This document shows positions 29,467-38,880 of a DNA stretch of 64,000 nt, in pieces. The DNA comes from Polyangiaceae bacterium (GTDB lineage Bacteria > Myxococcota_A > Polyangia > Polyangiales > Polyangiaceae), in assembly GCA_965222375.1 (NCBI GenBank), contig CBDCTZ010000013.1, positions 576,001-640,000 on the forward strand, in the 5' to 3' direction. Each line of letters starts with the position of its first letter. Positions within the stretch are counted from its first letter, which is position 1. The position numbers were made by a program, and so were the translations under genes. The notes below the pieces were generated by a model, which did not search any database, had not been told where the DNA came from, and saw only the letters and a list, made by a program, of their open reading frames with translations.

Positions 29467-32400
29467 ATGTCACGATACGTGAGGTTGTTCCGAGGGGTTG
29501 TTGTTTGCGGGCTCATCGCCAGGGCGGTTGCAGGCTGCTCCGGCGAGGAAGCAACCGAGCCGGTCGGGCACATGGGACCCACTGAGTCGAAACGCGGGTC
29601 CGCAAACGTCCTCGCGACGATGGAGCGGCTGGTCGCAGCGAATCCGGCAATCGCTGCTCGCCTCGCGCCCAATGATGCAAGGTGGGTCAAGGAGGGCTCG
29701 ACGTCCAAGCTCATCCCTAGCCGCTGGCGAAGACCTGGAAACGCCATTTCTGTCAGCGAGAGCGCCGGGAGCGTTCAGATCCGCCTCGGGGAAGACTCCG
29801 TGCGCTGGACACTTTTGGGCCTGGCTCACCAAAACCCGACGCAAACCGACGGCAGCCGCTTGCTGCGTCCGAACGCCTTCACGGACGCCGACCTGGTCGT
29901 CAGTGCGGGCAGCGACTACGTCGAAGAGCTCATCTTCTTGCGCACCGATTCCGCCCCCCGCTCCTACCTATGGAAGCTGGAGCTGCCCACTGGGTGGAAG
30001 GATCCGCGGCGCGGCGAAGACGGAGGCTGGGTACTAGCAGACGAAACGGGCACGCCTCGACTTGGGATTTCGCCCCCCATCGCGGTCGACGCCGCGGGCG
30101 CCGAAGAGCTTGCCGACATGAGCTGGACGACGGGGCGCTTTTCAGTGGAGTTAGACACGGCGGGCCTGCAGTTTCCCATCGTTCTAGATCCGAACATCTA
30201 CGTTTGGCAGGACAAGACTCCAAGTTCTGGCAATCCGGCCGGAGCGCGCGGCACTGGCCTCTCTTTCGACAGCGCACGCCAGCGCGCGGTGCGCTTCGGG
30301 GGCGCCACGACAACCGGCAACGGCTCCGAGGTGGCCAACACCTATGAGTGGAACGGAACCTCATGGACGCTGCGCTGTCCCTTTGGCTCCTGCTCGGTCC
30401 CGCCGGGCCTAGCGCGGGCGTTCCATTCCCAAGCTTACGACAGCGCCCGCAACCGGACCGTGGTTTTCGGCGGCGGCAACCAATCCGGCTATCCACCGGA
30501 CTGCGAGACGTGGGAGTGGAACGGTAGCGGAGCCGGTTCCTGGACGCAGTTGGCCATCGGCACCTGCGGCAGCGGACGCCCGGCCGCGCGGACCTTTGCC
30601 GCAATGGCTTTCGACGGCTCGTCTGGGCGTAACTACTCGCTGCTATTCGGCGGTGCCGACGCGGGCTTTGCTCCGCTTGGAGACTTGTGGTCCTGGAATG
30701 GCACGACTTGGACCTTGCGCTGCAACGCAGCTCCTTGTTCAACGACTGCCAAACCATCAGCGCGCTATGGCGCGGCCATGGCCTACGACTCCGACCGCAA
30801 CCGCGTGGTGCTATTCGGGGGCCATTCCAGCATAGACGAATGCGACACTTGGGAGTATCCGAGCGCCACGGGCACCTGGGTGCAACGCACGTCTGGCGGC
30901 TGCGGCACGACAGCGCCGCCAGCACGCTTCGGCCACACTATGGCCTATAACCCGTTCCGCAAACGCGTCATCATGGCGGGCGGCGCGTCGGCGGGCCCGA
31001 CCAACATCCCTGACACCTGGGAGTTCGACGGCGCCGCCGGCACGTGGACCCAAACGGTGACGAACGACCCCGGCGCAAATCGGCGAACGGCCGGCATGGC
31101 ATTCGATACGACCCGGCGGCGGGCCGTGCTCAGCGGCGGCCAAGGTTCCACAATCGTTCAGACCACCCACGAATACTATGCCTACGGCGGCAACTGCACG
31201 GCCGCGAGCGAGTGCGACACTGGGTTTTGCGTAGACGGCGTCTGCTGCACGGTGAGCAGTTGCCCCAATTGTTCTGATTGCAGTGGCACCACGGGTGCAT
31301 GCGCGGCCGTCAACGGAAGCCCGGATGCACCCGGGTGCCCGGGCTCAACCAGCACTTGCGTCTCCGGCGCTTGCAAGCTGCTCGCAGGCCAGCCCTGCAG
31401 CCCAGACGGCGCACACGCCGGGTGCCAGAGCGGTCAGTGTCGAGATGGCGTGTGCTGCAACACCGCGTGCACCACCACCTGTTTCTCCTGTGCCCTCTCG
31501 GGCTCAGTCGGTACTTGTTCCCCAATCCCTACAGGGCCAGACACCGGCTGTCTCACGGCGCAAGGCAAGGTCTGCCAGGCGGGCACGTGCAAAGAAATCG
31601 ACGGGCAACCGTGCTCTCCAGACGGAGCCAACACTGCGTGCAACAGCGGGCAGTGTAGTGACGGAGTTTGTTGCAACACGGCGTGCAGCGGCGGCTGCGA
31701 TGCCTGCGCCGCGAGTGCGGGCGCTAGCGCGGACGGCACTTGCACCATTCTGGCCAAAGGCGCAACCGGAACTGGCTGCAGCCCGTACTTGTGCGGCGGC
31801 ACCAGCGCGACCTGCCCCAGCACGTGCTCTGTCGATGGAGACTGCGCGACCACCCACTACTGCTCCAGTGGCGCCTGCGTGCCGAAGGTAGCGCAGGGGG
31901 GCAACTGCAGTACATCGAATCAGTGCCAAGGCACACTGCTCTGTTCGACAGACGGCGTCTGCTGTAATTCCCTTTGTGATCAAACCTGTCGCGCGTGCCG
32001 AGCATCGAACAAGCAGTCCGGCGCCGATCCCGGCGTGTGCGACGTCGCCAAGGTTGGCACGAACCCCGGCAACAAGTGTATCGCAGATACGGTCAATGTC
32101 TGCGGCAGCGTCGCCGCCTGCGCTTCGAACGGAACCTGCGCGGTCGCTCCCTTCGGAAAGAGTTGCGGGCCCACGAGCTGCAGCGGCACCACCGTCACTG
32201 GCAAGATCTGCGATGGCACCGGCACGTGCGTGGACCAACAGAACGCTCAGTGCACGCCGTACGTCTGCGCCGCTGGTGCCTGCACGAGTCCGTGCACGGG
32301 CGACACTGATTGCGTCACTACTCACTACTGCGAAACCGCCACTTGCGTGCCCAAGGCAGCCAATGGCACCGCGTGTAGTGTTGCCAACTCCTGCACCAGT

Positions 32401-33204
32401 GGCTTCTGCGTGGACGGCGTGTGCTGTGACGCGCCGTGCACGGGCCAGTGCCAGGCCTGCGGGGAAGCGGGCAGCCTTGGACAATGCAAGACGATCGCTG
32501 GGGATCCTCGCCCAGGAAGACAAGCGTGCACCGGCACCGGCGCTTGCAAGGCCAGCTGCGACGGGGGCAACCCCACGGCATGCACGTTCCCGGGTAGTGC
32601 CACCGAGTGCAAGCCAGCATCCTGCGCCGGCGACACCTCACAGCCAGCAGGCTTTTGCGACTCGGCAGGTGCCTGCACCACTCCGGCAACTCAGGGCTGC
32701 TTGCCCTACACTTGCGACGCTGGCACTGGGGTCTGCAAGTCGAGTTGCAGTTCCGATCTCGATTGTGGGCAATCCGCGAAGTGCGATACCGCCACTGGCA
32801 AGTGTGCAGTCACGGTTGCTAGCTGCAAGGACGCTTTCACGGTACTGCTCCCGAACGGAACGACGGAATCCTGCACGCCCTACAAGTGCGTTGGCGGGGC
32901 CTGCCAGCAGCAGTGCAGCACCAAGAACGACTGCGCAACGGGCTACGACTGCCAGAGTACACAATGCGTCGCCCTCACGGACGCGGGAGCAGGCGGTAGC
33001 TCCGGCAGCGGAGGCAACGGGGGGGGCTCGGCAGCGACTGCCGGCGCAGGAAACGTCGACGGTGGAAAACCGAAACCGTTGGCGGCGAGTGACGATAGTG
33101 GTTGCGGCTGTCGCACTGCGCCCGTCAACCACGCGCCGCAAAACGCGCTATGGCTGAGCCTGGTGGGCATGGCCCTAGCCCTGCGACGGAGGCGCGTCCG
33201 CTAG
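29467..33204 (+). CDS. Kelch-repeat + Cys-rich surface protein with MYXO-CTERM
   Basis: Six AYD/FD..R.VLFGG..TWEW repeats, CVDGVCC repeats and C-terminal SGCGCR...LALRRRR. Confidence 0.85.
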   Translation: MSRYVRLFRGVVVCGLIARAVAGCSGEEATEPVGHMGPTESKRGSANVLATMERLVAANPAIAARLAPNDARWVKEGSTSKLIPSRWRRPGNAISVSESAGSVQIRLGEDSVRWTLLGLAHQNPTQTDGSRLLRPNAFTDADLVVSAGSDYVEELIFLRTDSAPRSYLWKLELPTGWKDPRRGEDGGWVLADETGTPRLGISPPIAVDAAGAEELADMSWTTGRFSVELDTAGLQFPIVLDPNIYVWQDKTPSSGNPAGARGTGLSFDSARQRAVRFGGATTTGNGSEVANTYEWNGTSWTLRCPFGSCSVPPGLARAFHSQAYDSARNRTVVFGGGNQSGYPPDCETWEWNGSGAGSWTQLAIGTCGSGRPAARTFAAMAFDGSSGRNYSLLFGGADAGFAPLGDLWSWNGTTWTLRCNAAPCSTTAKPSARYGAAMAYDSDRNRVVLFGGHSSIDECDTWEYPSATGTWVQRTSGGCGTTAPPARFGHTMAYNPFRKRVIMAGGASAGPTNIPDTWEFDGAAGTWTQTVTNDPGANRRTAGMAFDTTRRRAVLSGGQGSTIVQTTHEYYAYGGNCTAASECDTGFCVDGVCCTVSSCPNCSDCSGTTGACAAVNGSPDAPGCPGSTSTCVSGACKLLAGQPCSPDGAHAGCQSGQCRDGVCCNTACTTTCFSCALSGSVGTCSPIPTGPDTGCLTAQGKVCQAGTCKEIDGQPCSPDGANTACNSGQCSDGVCCNTACSGGCDACAASAGASADGTCTILAKGATGTGCSPYLCGGTSATCPSTCSVDGDCATTHYCSSGACVPKVAQGGNCSTSNQCQGTLLCSTDGVCCNSLCDQTCRACRASNKQSGADPGVCDVAKVGTNPGNKCIADTVNVCGSVAACASNGTCAVAPFGKSCGPTSCSGTTVTGKICDGTGTCVDQQNAQCTPYVCAAGACTSPCTGDTDCVTTHYCETATCVPKAANGTACSVANSCTSGFCVDGVCCDAPCTGQCQACGEAGSLGQCKTIAGDPRPGRQACTGTGACKASCDGGNPTACTFPGSATECKPASCAGDTSQPAGFCDSAGACTTPATQGCLPYTCDAGTGVCKSSCSSDLDCGQSAKCDTATGKCAVTVASCKDAFTVLLPNGTTESCTPYKCVGGACQQQCSTKNDCATGYDCQSTQCVALTDAGAGGSSGSGGNGGGSAATAGAGNVDGGKPKPLAASDDSGCGCRTAPVNHAPQNALWLSLVGMALALRRRRVR

Positions 33205-33270
33205 GCCGGGTTAATCAAGGACCCGAAGCCGGTCGGCCCACCACGCGAGGCCTTGCCTTGACGCGTCGAT

Positions 33271-33299
33271 TCGACGTCACCGCGATCCCTGGGTAGTAT
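33271..33299 (+). promoter_or_regulatory. Putative sigma70-type promoter of the pectate lyase gene
   Basis: TCGACG-17 nt-TAGTAT; the palindrome CGTCGA-T-TCGACG (33264-33276) overlaps the -35; GGAG SD before ATG 33319. Confidence 0.4.
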
Positions 33300-33318
33300 C
33301 GCAGACGGGAGACGAGTC

Positions 33319-34494
33319 ATGAGTCATGGGCTTCGACACGCGGTCACCACGATCCTCATACCGATCGGTTTGACGAGTTGTGGAGGCAACGATGAGAGCG
33401 CAGCGCCCAAGGGCGGTGGCGGAAACGCTGGCGCCGCCGGCAGTGGGGCTAGCACCGGGAGTGGCGCGTCTGGCGGCAGCGGGGGAAACGCCGGGTCATC
33501 CGGCGGCGGGGGCAGCGCGGGCGCCGGAGCGACCGCGGGTAGTGGGGGTAGTGCGGGAAGCGGGACCGGGGGCGCGGGCGGCCTGGGTGGCCAAGGCAAC
33601 CGGGAGCAACTCGTGGGCGACGTCATCGGCTTCGCTCAGGGCACTACCGGTGGCAAGGGCGGCAGCTTGTGCGAGGTGACGAACCTGCAGGACTCGGGCA
33701 GCGGTAGCCTTCGAGCCTGCGCCGAAGCCTCGGGCCCGGCGTGGATCATCTTCAAGCTGTCCGGCACGATCCCACTGAGCAAAGACATCCGAATCGCGGC
33801 TGACAAGACCATCGACGGTCGAGGTCAGGCGATCACGATCACGAAACACGGCCTGGTGGTCGACAACGTGAGCAACGTGATCATCGAGAACCTGACCATC
33901 AAGGACGGCGATAACGACGCGATCCGAGTCATCGACAGTGCGAGCAAGGTTTGGATTGACCACGTATCGCTATCCAACTTCACCGACGGCGCCATCGACA
34001 TCACGGTACAGGCCACAGACGTGACGGTTTCCTGGTGCAAGTTCACCAATCATGACAAGACCATGTTGATCAGCGCCAGCGATAGCCACACCCAAGATTC
34101 GGTGATTCGCGTCACGCTGCACCACAACTTCTTCTTCGGCACCGTCCAGCGCCACCCGCGCCTGCGCTTCGGCAAGGTGCACGCGTTCAACAACCTGCTT
34201 CGGGACTGGAAGAACTACGCCATGCGTATTCACTTGGATGGGCAGCTGTACTCCGAAGCCAACATCTTCGACGCTGGCTCGAACAAGAACGGCATCGTGC
34301 TCGGCAGTGAAAACCCGCAGCCGCATATCAAGAGCGTGAACGATCTGGCCCTGAACGGCGCCAACCTCAATCAGGTGGACCAGGCCGGTGTGTTCGATCC
34401 AACGAGCTTCTATTCGTACACTGCAGAAAAGGCCGACGCGGCCTTGGCCAAGAAGGTCGAGGCCCAAGCCGGATTTCGGAACATCACTCCCTAG
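33319..34494 (+). CDS. Pectate lyase family 1 (PL1) lipoprotein
   Basis: GFAQGTTGGKGG, VTNLQDSGSGSLR, KTIDGRG, VWIDH, DGAIDI and QRHPRLRFG motifs. Confidence 0.92.
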   Translation: MSHGLRHAVTTILIPIGLTSCGGNDESAAPKGGGGNAGAAGSGASTGSGASGGSGGNAGSSGGGGSAGAGATAGSGGSAGSGTGGAGGLGGQGNREQLVGDVIGFAQGTTGGKGGSLCEVTNLQDSGSGSLRACAEASGPAWIIFKLSGTIPLSKDIRIAADKTIDGRGQAITITKHGLVVDNVSNVIIENLTIKDGDNDAIRVIDSASKVWIDHVSLSNFTDGAIDITVQATDVTVSWCKFTNHDKTMLISASDSHTQDSVIRVTLHHNFFFGTVQRHPRLRFGKVHAFNNLLRDWKNYAMRIHLDGQLYSEANIFDAGSNKNGIVLGSENPQPHIKSVNDLALNGANLNQVDQAGVFDPTSFYSYTAEKADAALAKKVEAQAGFRNITP

Positions 34495-34547
34495 GGGCAG
34501 CAACAGGCTGGGGCTGTGAGCGATCGCAGTATAGGCTCGGCGCCCTG

Positions 34548-35342
34548 ATGGAAAGCGCTCAGCTGCCCCCGAACGTTCGCAAGGTCGGCGATAACCTCTG
34601 GAACATCCGCGGCTCCTTCAAGATCAAGGGCCTCGTGGACATCGGGACCCAAGCATCCTTGGTGCGCAGAGCGAATGGACAGCACGTGTTGCTCGGCGGC
34701 TGCCAGTTTTCGCCCACAGTACAGCGCTGGCTGGGGGAAGAGACCGACGGGGGCGACAGCCTCACGGCAGTCATTCACCTCCACCCGTTTCACACTCTCA
34801 GCGTGCGCGCCGTGCACGACTTGTATCCACGCGCCAAGCTGTACGGAACAGAGCGGCATTTGAAGCGGCTATCAGACCTGCCGTGGGAAGAAATACGCTC
34901 AGAGCAACCGGAGCTACATCGAGCTTTCGCGGACGATTTCGACTTTACCGTGCCGCGGGGGGTGGATTTCATACCAGCGAATCCGAACCTGCACTTCTCA
35001 TCGGTGCTGGCGCTGCACCGCGAGTCTAAAACGCTCATCGTGGATGACACGTTGGTGTACGTCCGACTACCCAAGTTGTTCCGAGCCATGAAGAAGGACG
35101 TCGTCATGCTGCACCCCACCCTGGCGAAGGTGCTTCAGCCCCGCCCGGGCGCAGTTGCGGAGTTCCGTGCTTGGGCCCGGGAGCTGGTGGACAAGTCCCG
35201 GGACATCGAAAACCTGTGCGCGGCGCACTCGGCCGTCTTGCTCGCCGAGCACAATCGCGGGCCCGCCATCTGCCGACGCATCCAGACAGCCCTCGAGAAG
35301 GCCGAAGCCAAGTTGAGCGCCCACGAAAGAAAATACGGCTAG
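34548..35342 (+). CDS. Metallo-beta-lactamase-fold hypothetical protein
   Basis: HLHPFH, LIVDD and AAH motifs. Confidence 0.6.
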   Translation: MESAQLPPNVRKVGDNLWNIRGSFKIKGLVDIGTQASLVRRANGQHVLLGGCQFSPTVQRWLGEETDGGDSLTAVIHLHPFHTLSVRAVHDLYPRAKLYGTERHLKRLSDLPWEEIRSEQPELHRAFADDFDFTVPRGVDFIPANPNLHFSSVLALHRESKTLIVDDTLVYVRLPKLFRAMKKDVVMLHPTLAKVLQPRPGAVAEFRAWARELVDKSRDIENLCAAHSAVLLAEHNRGPAICRRIQTALEKAEAKLSAHERKYG

Positions 35343-35422
35343 GAACCCGGGCACAATCCGGGGGAAGTGCCAAGGCCTTGGCGGCGTAGGGAGTCCTAGG
35401 GACGAGGCCACGGAAATCTGGC

Positions 35423-36346
35423 ATGAGCGACGCTAGGAAGATCATCATGGCGCGCAGGGCGCGCTTTGTCGCGGCGGCACTTGCCGGCTCCGGGCTGGTC
35501 ACCCCGGCCGTCCGCGCTCAGGCAGATGGCGCCACGCCCGAGGAGTCGTCGACAGAGCCGAACTGCGAAACCGATCCGCATCTGCAGGCGTGTCGGCCGC
35601 AGATCTGCCTTTCCGACATCGATATCGAAGGCGAGTTGGTCAAACCGCCCACCTGCCCAGACGGATCCTTGCAGCCCGACGATGGGGTGTGTCCTCCCTC
35701 GGTGTGCCTGGGCGCGGGCTGTCCTACGGAGCAGTTGCAAGACGACGGCAGTTGCCTGCCCACGGTCTGCCTCAGCATCTACGTCGAGGACCCCCAGGAG
35801 AACCTGCCCGAGAGCCACGACGGCTTCTACCTGCGATTCAGCCTCGGGCCCGGGTGGCTACACACCGCCACTCAGGGCGATTTGCCCGACGGCAGCGTCA
35901 AGGGCGCCGTCACCGCAGTCGATTTGCGTGTCGGCCACACGCTCCTTCGCGGCATGGCTTCGGGCCTGTTTGCGGGCGCATGGCACGCTCCGTCTCCCGA
36001 AGCCGGAGGCGGCGCAACACGTTTGGGCAACGGCGCGATGACGCAGGTTCTTGCCGGACCCTTTGTCGACTACTTCCCGGATCCGCGCGGCGGGCTCCAC
36101 TTCGGTGCGGCGCCTGGGTTCATGTTCCTGCAACGCGGCGCTGAGAGCGCCAGCGACGAAGAGAGCACGGCGATCGGCGCCGGCGCAGCGCTGTGGGTCG
36201 GCTACGATTTCTGGATGGGAGACGATTGGTCTGTGGGCGCGGCACTGTCCGGCGAAGGCGGCTTTGCTTGGGGCGGCAGTGACCGAGTGAGCGAACGGGT
36301 CGTCACGCGGGGCGCGGCGCTGATGCTCTCCGCGCTCTGGCATTGA
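35423..36346 (+). CDS. Exported protein: RR-containing leader, three C-x-P-x-[IV]-CL repeats and probable outer-membrane beta-barrel
   Basis: HDGFYLRFSLGPG, GPFVDYFPDP.GGLHFG and WVGYDFW strands; terminal LSALWH. Confidence 0.7.
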   Translation: MSDARKIIMARRARFVAAALAGSGLVTPAVRAQADGATPEESSTEPNCETDPHLQACRPQICLSDIDIEGELVKPPTCPDGSLQPDDGVCPPSVCLGAGCPTEQLQDDGSCLPTVCLSIYVEDPQENLPESHDGFYLRFSLGPGWLHTATQGDLPDGSVKGAVTAVDLRVGHTLLRGMASGLFAGAWHAPSPEAGGGATRLGNGAMTQVLAGPFVDYFPDPRGGLHFGAAPGFMFLQRGAESASDEESTAIGAGAALWVGYDFWMGDDWSVGAALSGEGGFAWGGSDRVSERVVTRGAALMLSALWH

Positions 36347-36455
36347 GCCGCCCGCGGCGCTTAATGCGACCCCGTGCCAAGGCGACGGAGTGTCAAATCG
36401 AGGCCAAGCAGCGGGAACAGGGTCGCCGCCGCGACCGATGCGCTACACTCGTCCG

Positions 36456-37712
36456 ATGCGTGTCTCTGCCTGTGTAGCCTCTGCTCTCACACTACTCCTC
36501 AGCCTCACGGTCGCGGGTTGCAGTGACGACGATCCCCTTCCTGGCGCGGGCGGCAGCTCGGGTTCCGGGGGAAGCAGCGGCACCGGGGGTTCCGCGGGCT
36601 CAGCGGGCACGGCCGGAGCCGCGGGTGCAGCAGGCAACTCGGCGATCCCCGCCGCCGGAGAGCTCCGGGTCATCGAGCCGGGCGCCCCCACCATCTGCTC
36701 TCGGGATACGCCCTTTCGCTACTTCGTGCGGGGCGGGGATCCCAAAAAGATCGTGATCGACTTCCAGGGTAGCGGCGCGTGCTGGAACGAACTGACGTGC
36801 TCCATCGCGGGCAGCATCTTCAACGAAGCAGCGCCCAGCGCCGCCGAGATCGAAGCCGCGGTCGCCAACGAGAGCTTTGGTGGGATCTACCGCTTCGATA
36901 AGCCCGAGAGCCCGGTCGCCGGCTGGACCTTCGTGCACATCCCCTACTGCACCGGCGATATCCACTGGGGGGACGCTACAGTCGAGTATTCATCGAGCGT
37001 GAAGATCCAGCACAAGGGCTTCGTGAACAGCCAGGCTGTTCTGTCCTGGGTCTACGCCAACTACGATCCCGAACAGATCCTGGTCACGGGCTGCAGCGCC
37101 GGCGCCTACGGCGCCATCGGCCACTCGGCTTGGATAGCCAAGCAGTACCCCAACGCGAAGCTCAGCGTGCTCGCCGACTCGGGTTGCGGCACGGTGAGTG
37201 ACACCTTCTTCAAGGACAGCTTTCCAAACTGGAATGCTCAGATCCCCACCTTCGTCAGCGGCCTCAAGGGCAAGGACATCCTGTCTCTGAGCATCGTGGA
37301 TCTCTACACGTCGATCGCCAAGGACTTCCCCAACGCACGCTTCGCCCAGCAGACATCGGCCTTCGACAAAGACCAAACCACCTACTACAAGGTGATGGGC
37401 GGCGCCGAAGCGGATTGGTCACCGAAAACCCTGAAGTCTCTAGAAGACATCAATGCCGGGGCTCCCAACTTCAGCTACTACCTCTCCCCGGGCCCGGTGC
37501 ACTGCATTCACCCCTACGACTTGATGTACAGCCGCACCACCGACGGCACCAAGTACACCACCTGGCTCGACGAGCTGGTCAACGGAGCCAGCGCACCGAA
37601 GACCGCCAAGTGCCAAGGCGCCGCCTGCCGAGACGACGCCTTCTGCGCCGCCTGCGCGGCCAAGACCGAAACCGACTCCGCCTGCAAGTGGTGCGACGGC
37701 TGGACGCCCTGA
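36456..37712 (+). CDS. Pectinacetylesterase (Notum-like) family lipoprotein
   Basis: FQGSGACW, IPYCTGDIH, TGCSAGAYG and LADSG motifs. Confidence 0.85.
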   Translation: MRVSACVASALTLLLSLTVAGCSDDDPLPGAGGSSGSGGSSGTGGSAGSAGTAGAAGAAGNSAIPAAGELRVIEPGAPTICSRDTPFRYFVRGGDPKKIVIDFQGSGACWNELTCSIAGSIFNEAAPSAAEIEAAVANESFGGIYRFDKPESPVAGWTFVHIPYCTGDIHWGDATVEYSSSVKIQHKGFVNSQAVLSWVYANYDPEQILVTGCSAGAYGAIGHSAWIAKQYPNAKLSVLADSGCGTVSDTFFKDSFPNWNAQIPTFVSGLKGKDILSLSIVDLYTSIAKDFPNARFAQQTSAFDKDQTTYYKVMGGAEADWSPKTLKSLEDINAGAPNFSYYLSPGPVHCIHPYDLMYSRTTDGTKYTTWLDELVNGASAPKTAKCQGAACRDDAFCAACAAKTETDSACKWCDGWTP

Positions 37713-38073
37713 GCAATTCTCTTGGAGGTTGCTGAGTTACATGTAGTCGTCGAAGCCGACCGAAAGCTGGGCGGTTTTCTTTTCTTGGGAATGTGGCGGC
37801 GCAGGACGTCATCGAGAGTTCTTCGGGTTGCGTCGCGAAGCGCTGAGGCCCCAGACGCCCCTACCTCGCGCCCCGATAATGCAGGCGGTTCCGTGGAACC
37901 ACGAGGCAGCGCCACCGAGCCACATCGTCGCGCCCTCGGGTCTAGAAGGGGCGCCCTGGTTTCCTCAGGCAACACTGAGCGCTGCGCCGCGCCTCAGCGG
38001 AGGCACGCCTTTCGTGCCGTTTCCGGGTGGCGAGGGCATCCCATTGTCGGCCTAGGTGTGTAGGATGCGCGCC

Positions 38074-38802
38074 ATGGCAAAAGGAGACGCCAAAGGCGCG
38101 GTGCACGGCACCATTCGCCCCAAGTGGTTCGCGCCAGCTACGGCGTTGCTGGTGTTGGTCGCCGCGGGCGGGCTGCTGGCAGGCTACGACGCCCTCAACG
38201 CAGCAGAACCGAACACGGCCTTGGCTTGGGGCGGGATCGGCGGAGCAGTCAGCGCCTTGGCGTTGGCGGGCCTACTGTTCTTGTCCAGCCGCAAGGAAAT
38301 CAAGGTGGACGCCAAAGCGCTCACGGTTCGCTCAGGGCTCGGCAAGCCAGTGAGGATCGAGTGGTCCGAGCCCCACGACTACTACTACCTAGCGGTGAGC
38401 GATTCCTCGACGCCGAGCGTCGAAAAGGCACGGGTGCAGACCCTCGATGGACGTCGAATCGACGTCGACGAAACCGTGCTGCCGGAGTTCCCCCGAGCCA
38501 ACGTACCCGGATTGGTGGAGCGCTATAGCGCGGCCGCCAACCTACCAAAGATCACCGCCCGCCTGGAAGCGGGCGAGGACGTGGACTTCGGCCCCGTGTC
38601 GATGAGCGTCGGCAAGATGAAAATCGAGGACACGGCTCACTCGGTGGAAGAAAGCCTGGTGCTGCACATCAAGCGTGGCTGCCTGCAGGTCGGAGTGGAT
38701 GGGGAGTGGGTGTCCACCAAGGTGTCCGTTCACGACGTCGCCAACTACCCGTGCTTGCTGCGAGTCATTGGGCAACTCACGCAGGCACGCCCGCCGGGTT
38801 GA
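38074..38802 (+). CDS. Membrane-anchored hypothetical protein (two TM helices; possibly DUF6585-like)
   Basis: Two hydrophobic helices; VDFGP and VANYPCLL near the C-terminus. Confidence 0.6.
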   Translation: MAKGDAKGAVHGTIRPKWFAPATALLVLVAAGGLLAGYDALNAAEPNTALAWGGIGGAVSALALAGLLFLSSRKEIKVDAKALTVRSGLGKPVRIEWSEPHDYYYLAVSDSSTPSVEKARVQTLDGRRIDVDETVLPEFPRANVPGLVERYSAAANLPKITARLEAGEDVDFGPVSMSVGKMKIEDTAHSVEESLVLHIKRGCLQVGVDGEWVSTKVSVHDVANYPCLLRVIGQLTQARPPG

Positions 38803-38880
38803 ACCGTTGAGCGTGCCTGGCGGGGAGTGTGCCGCTTGAAATCGAGCTCGAAGCTCTGAAGATCTGCTAGCTTCGCGCCA

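Noticed and set aside
33264..33276. Third TetR operator copy upstream of pectate lyase
   Set aside because: It shares only GTCGA/TCGAC, has an extra central base and lacks the TTA/TAA flanks.
36363..36380. Sigma54 promoter TTGGCACGGGGTCGCA on the minus strand
   Set aside because: GG-to-GC spacing is 9 rather than 10, and it points into the 3' end of a gene.
38803..38880. Lysine riboswitch before lysA
   Set aside because: The gap is only 78 bp, with a -10-like box 7 nt from the ATG; it is too short for the aptamer.
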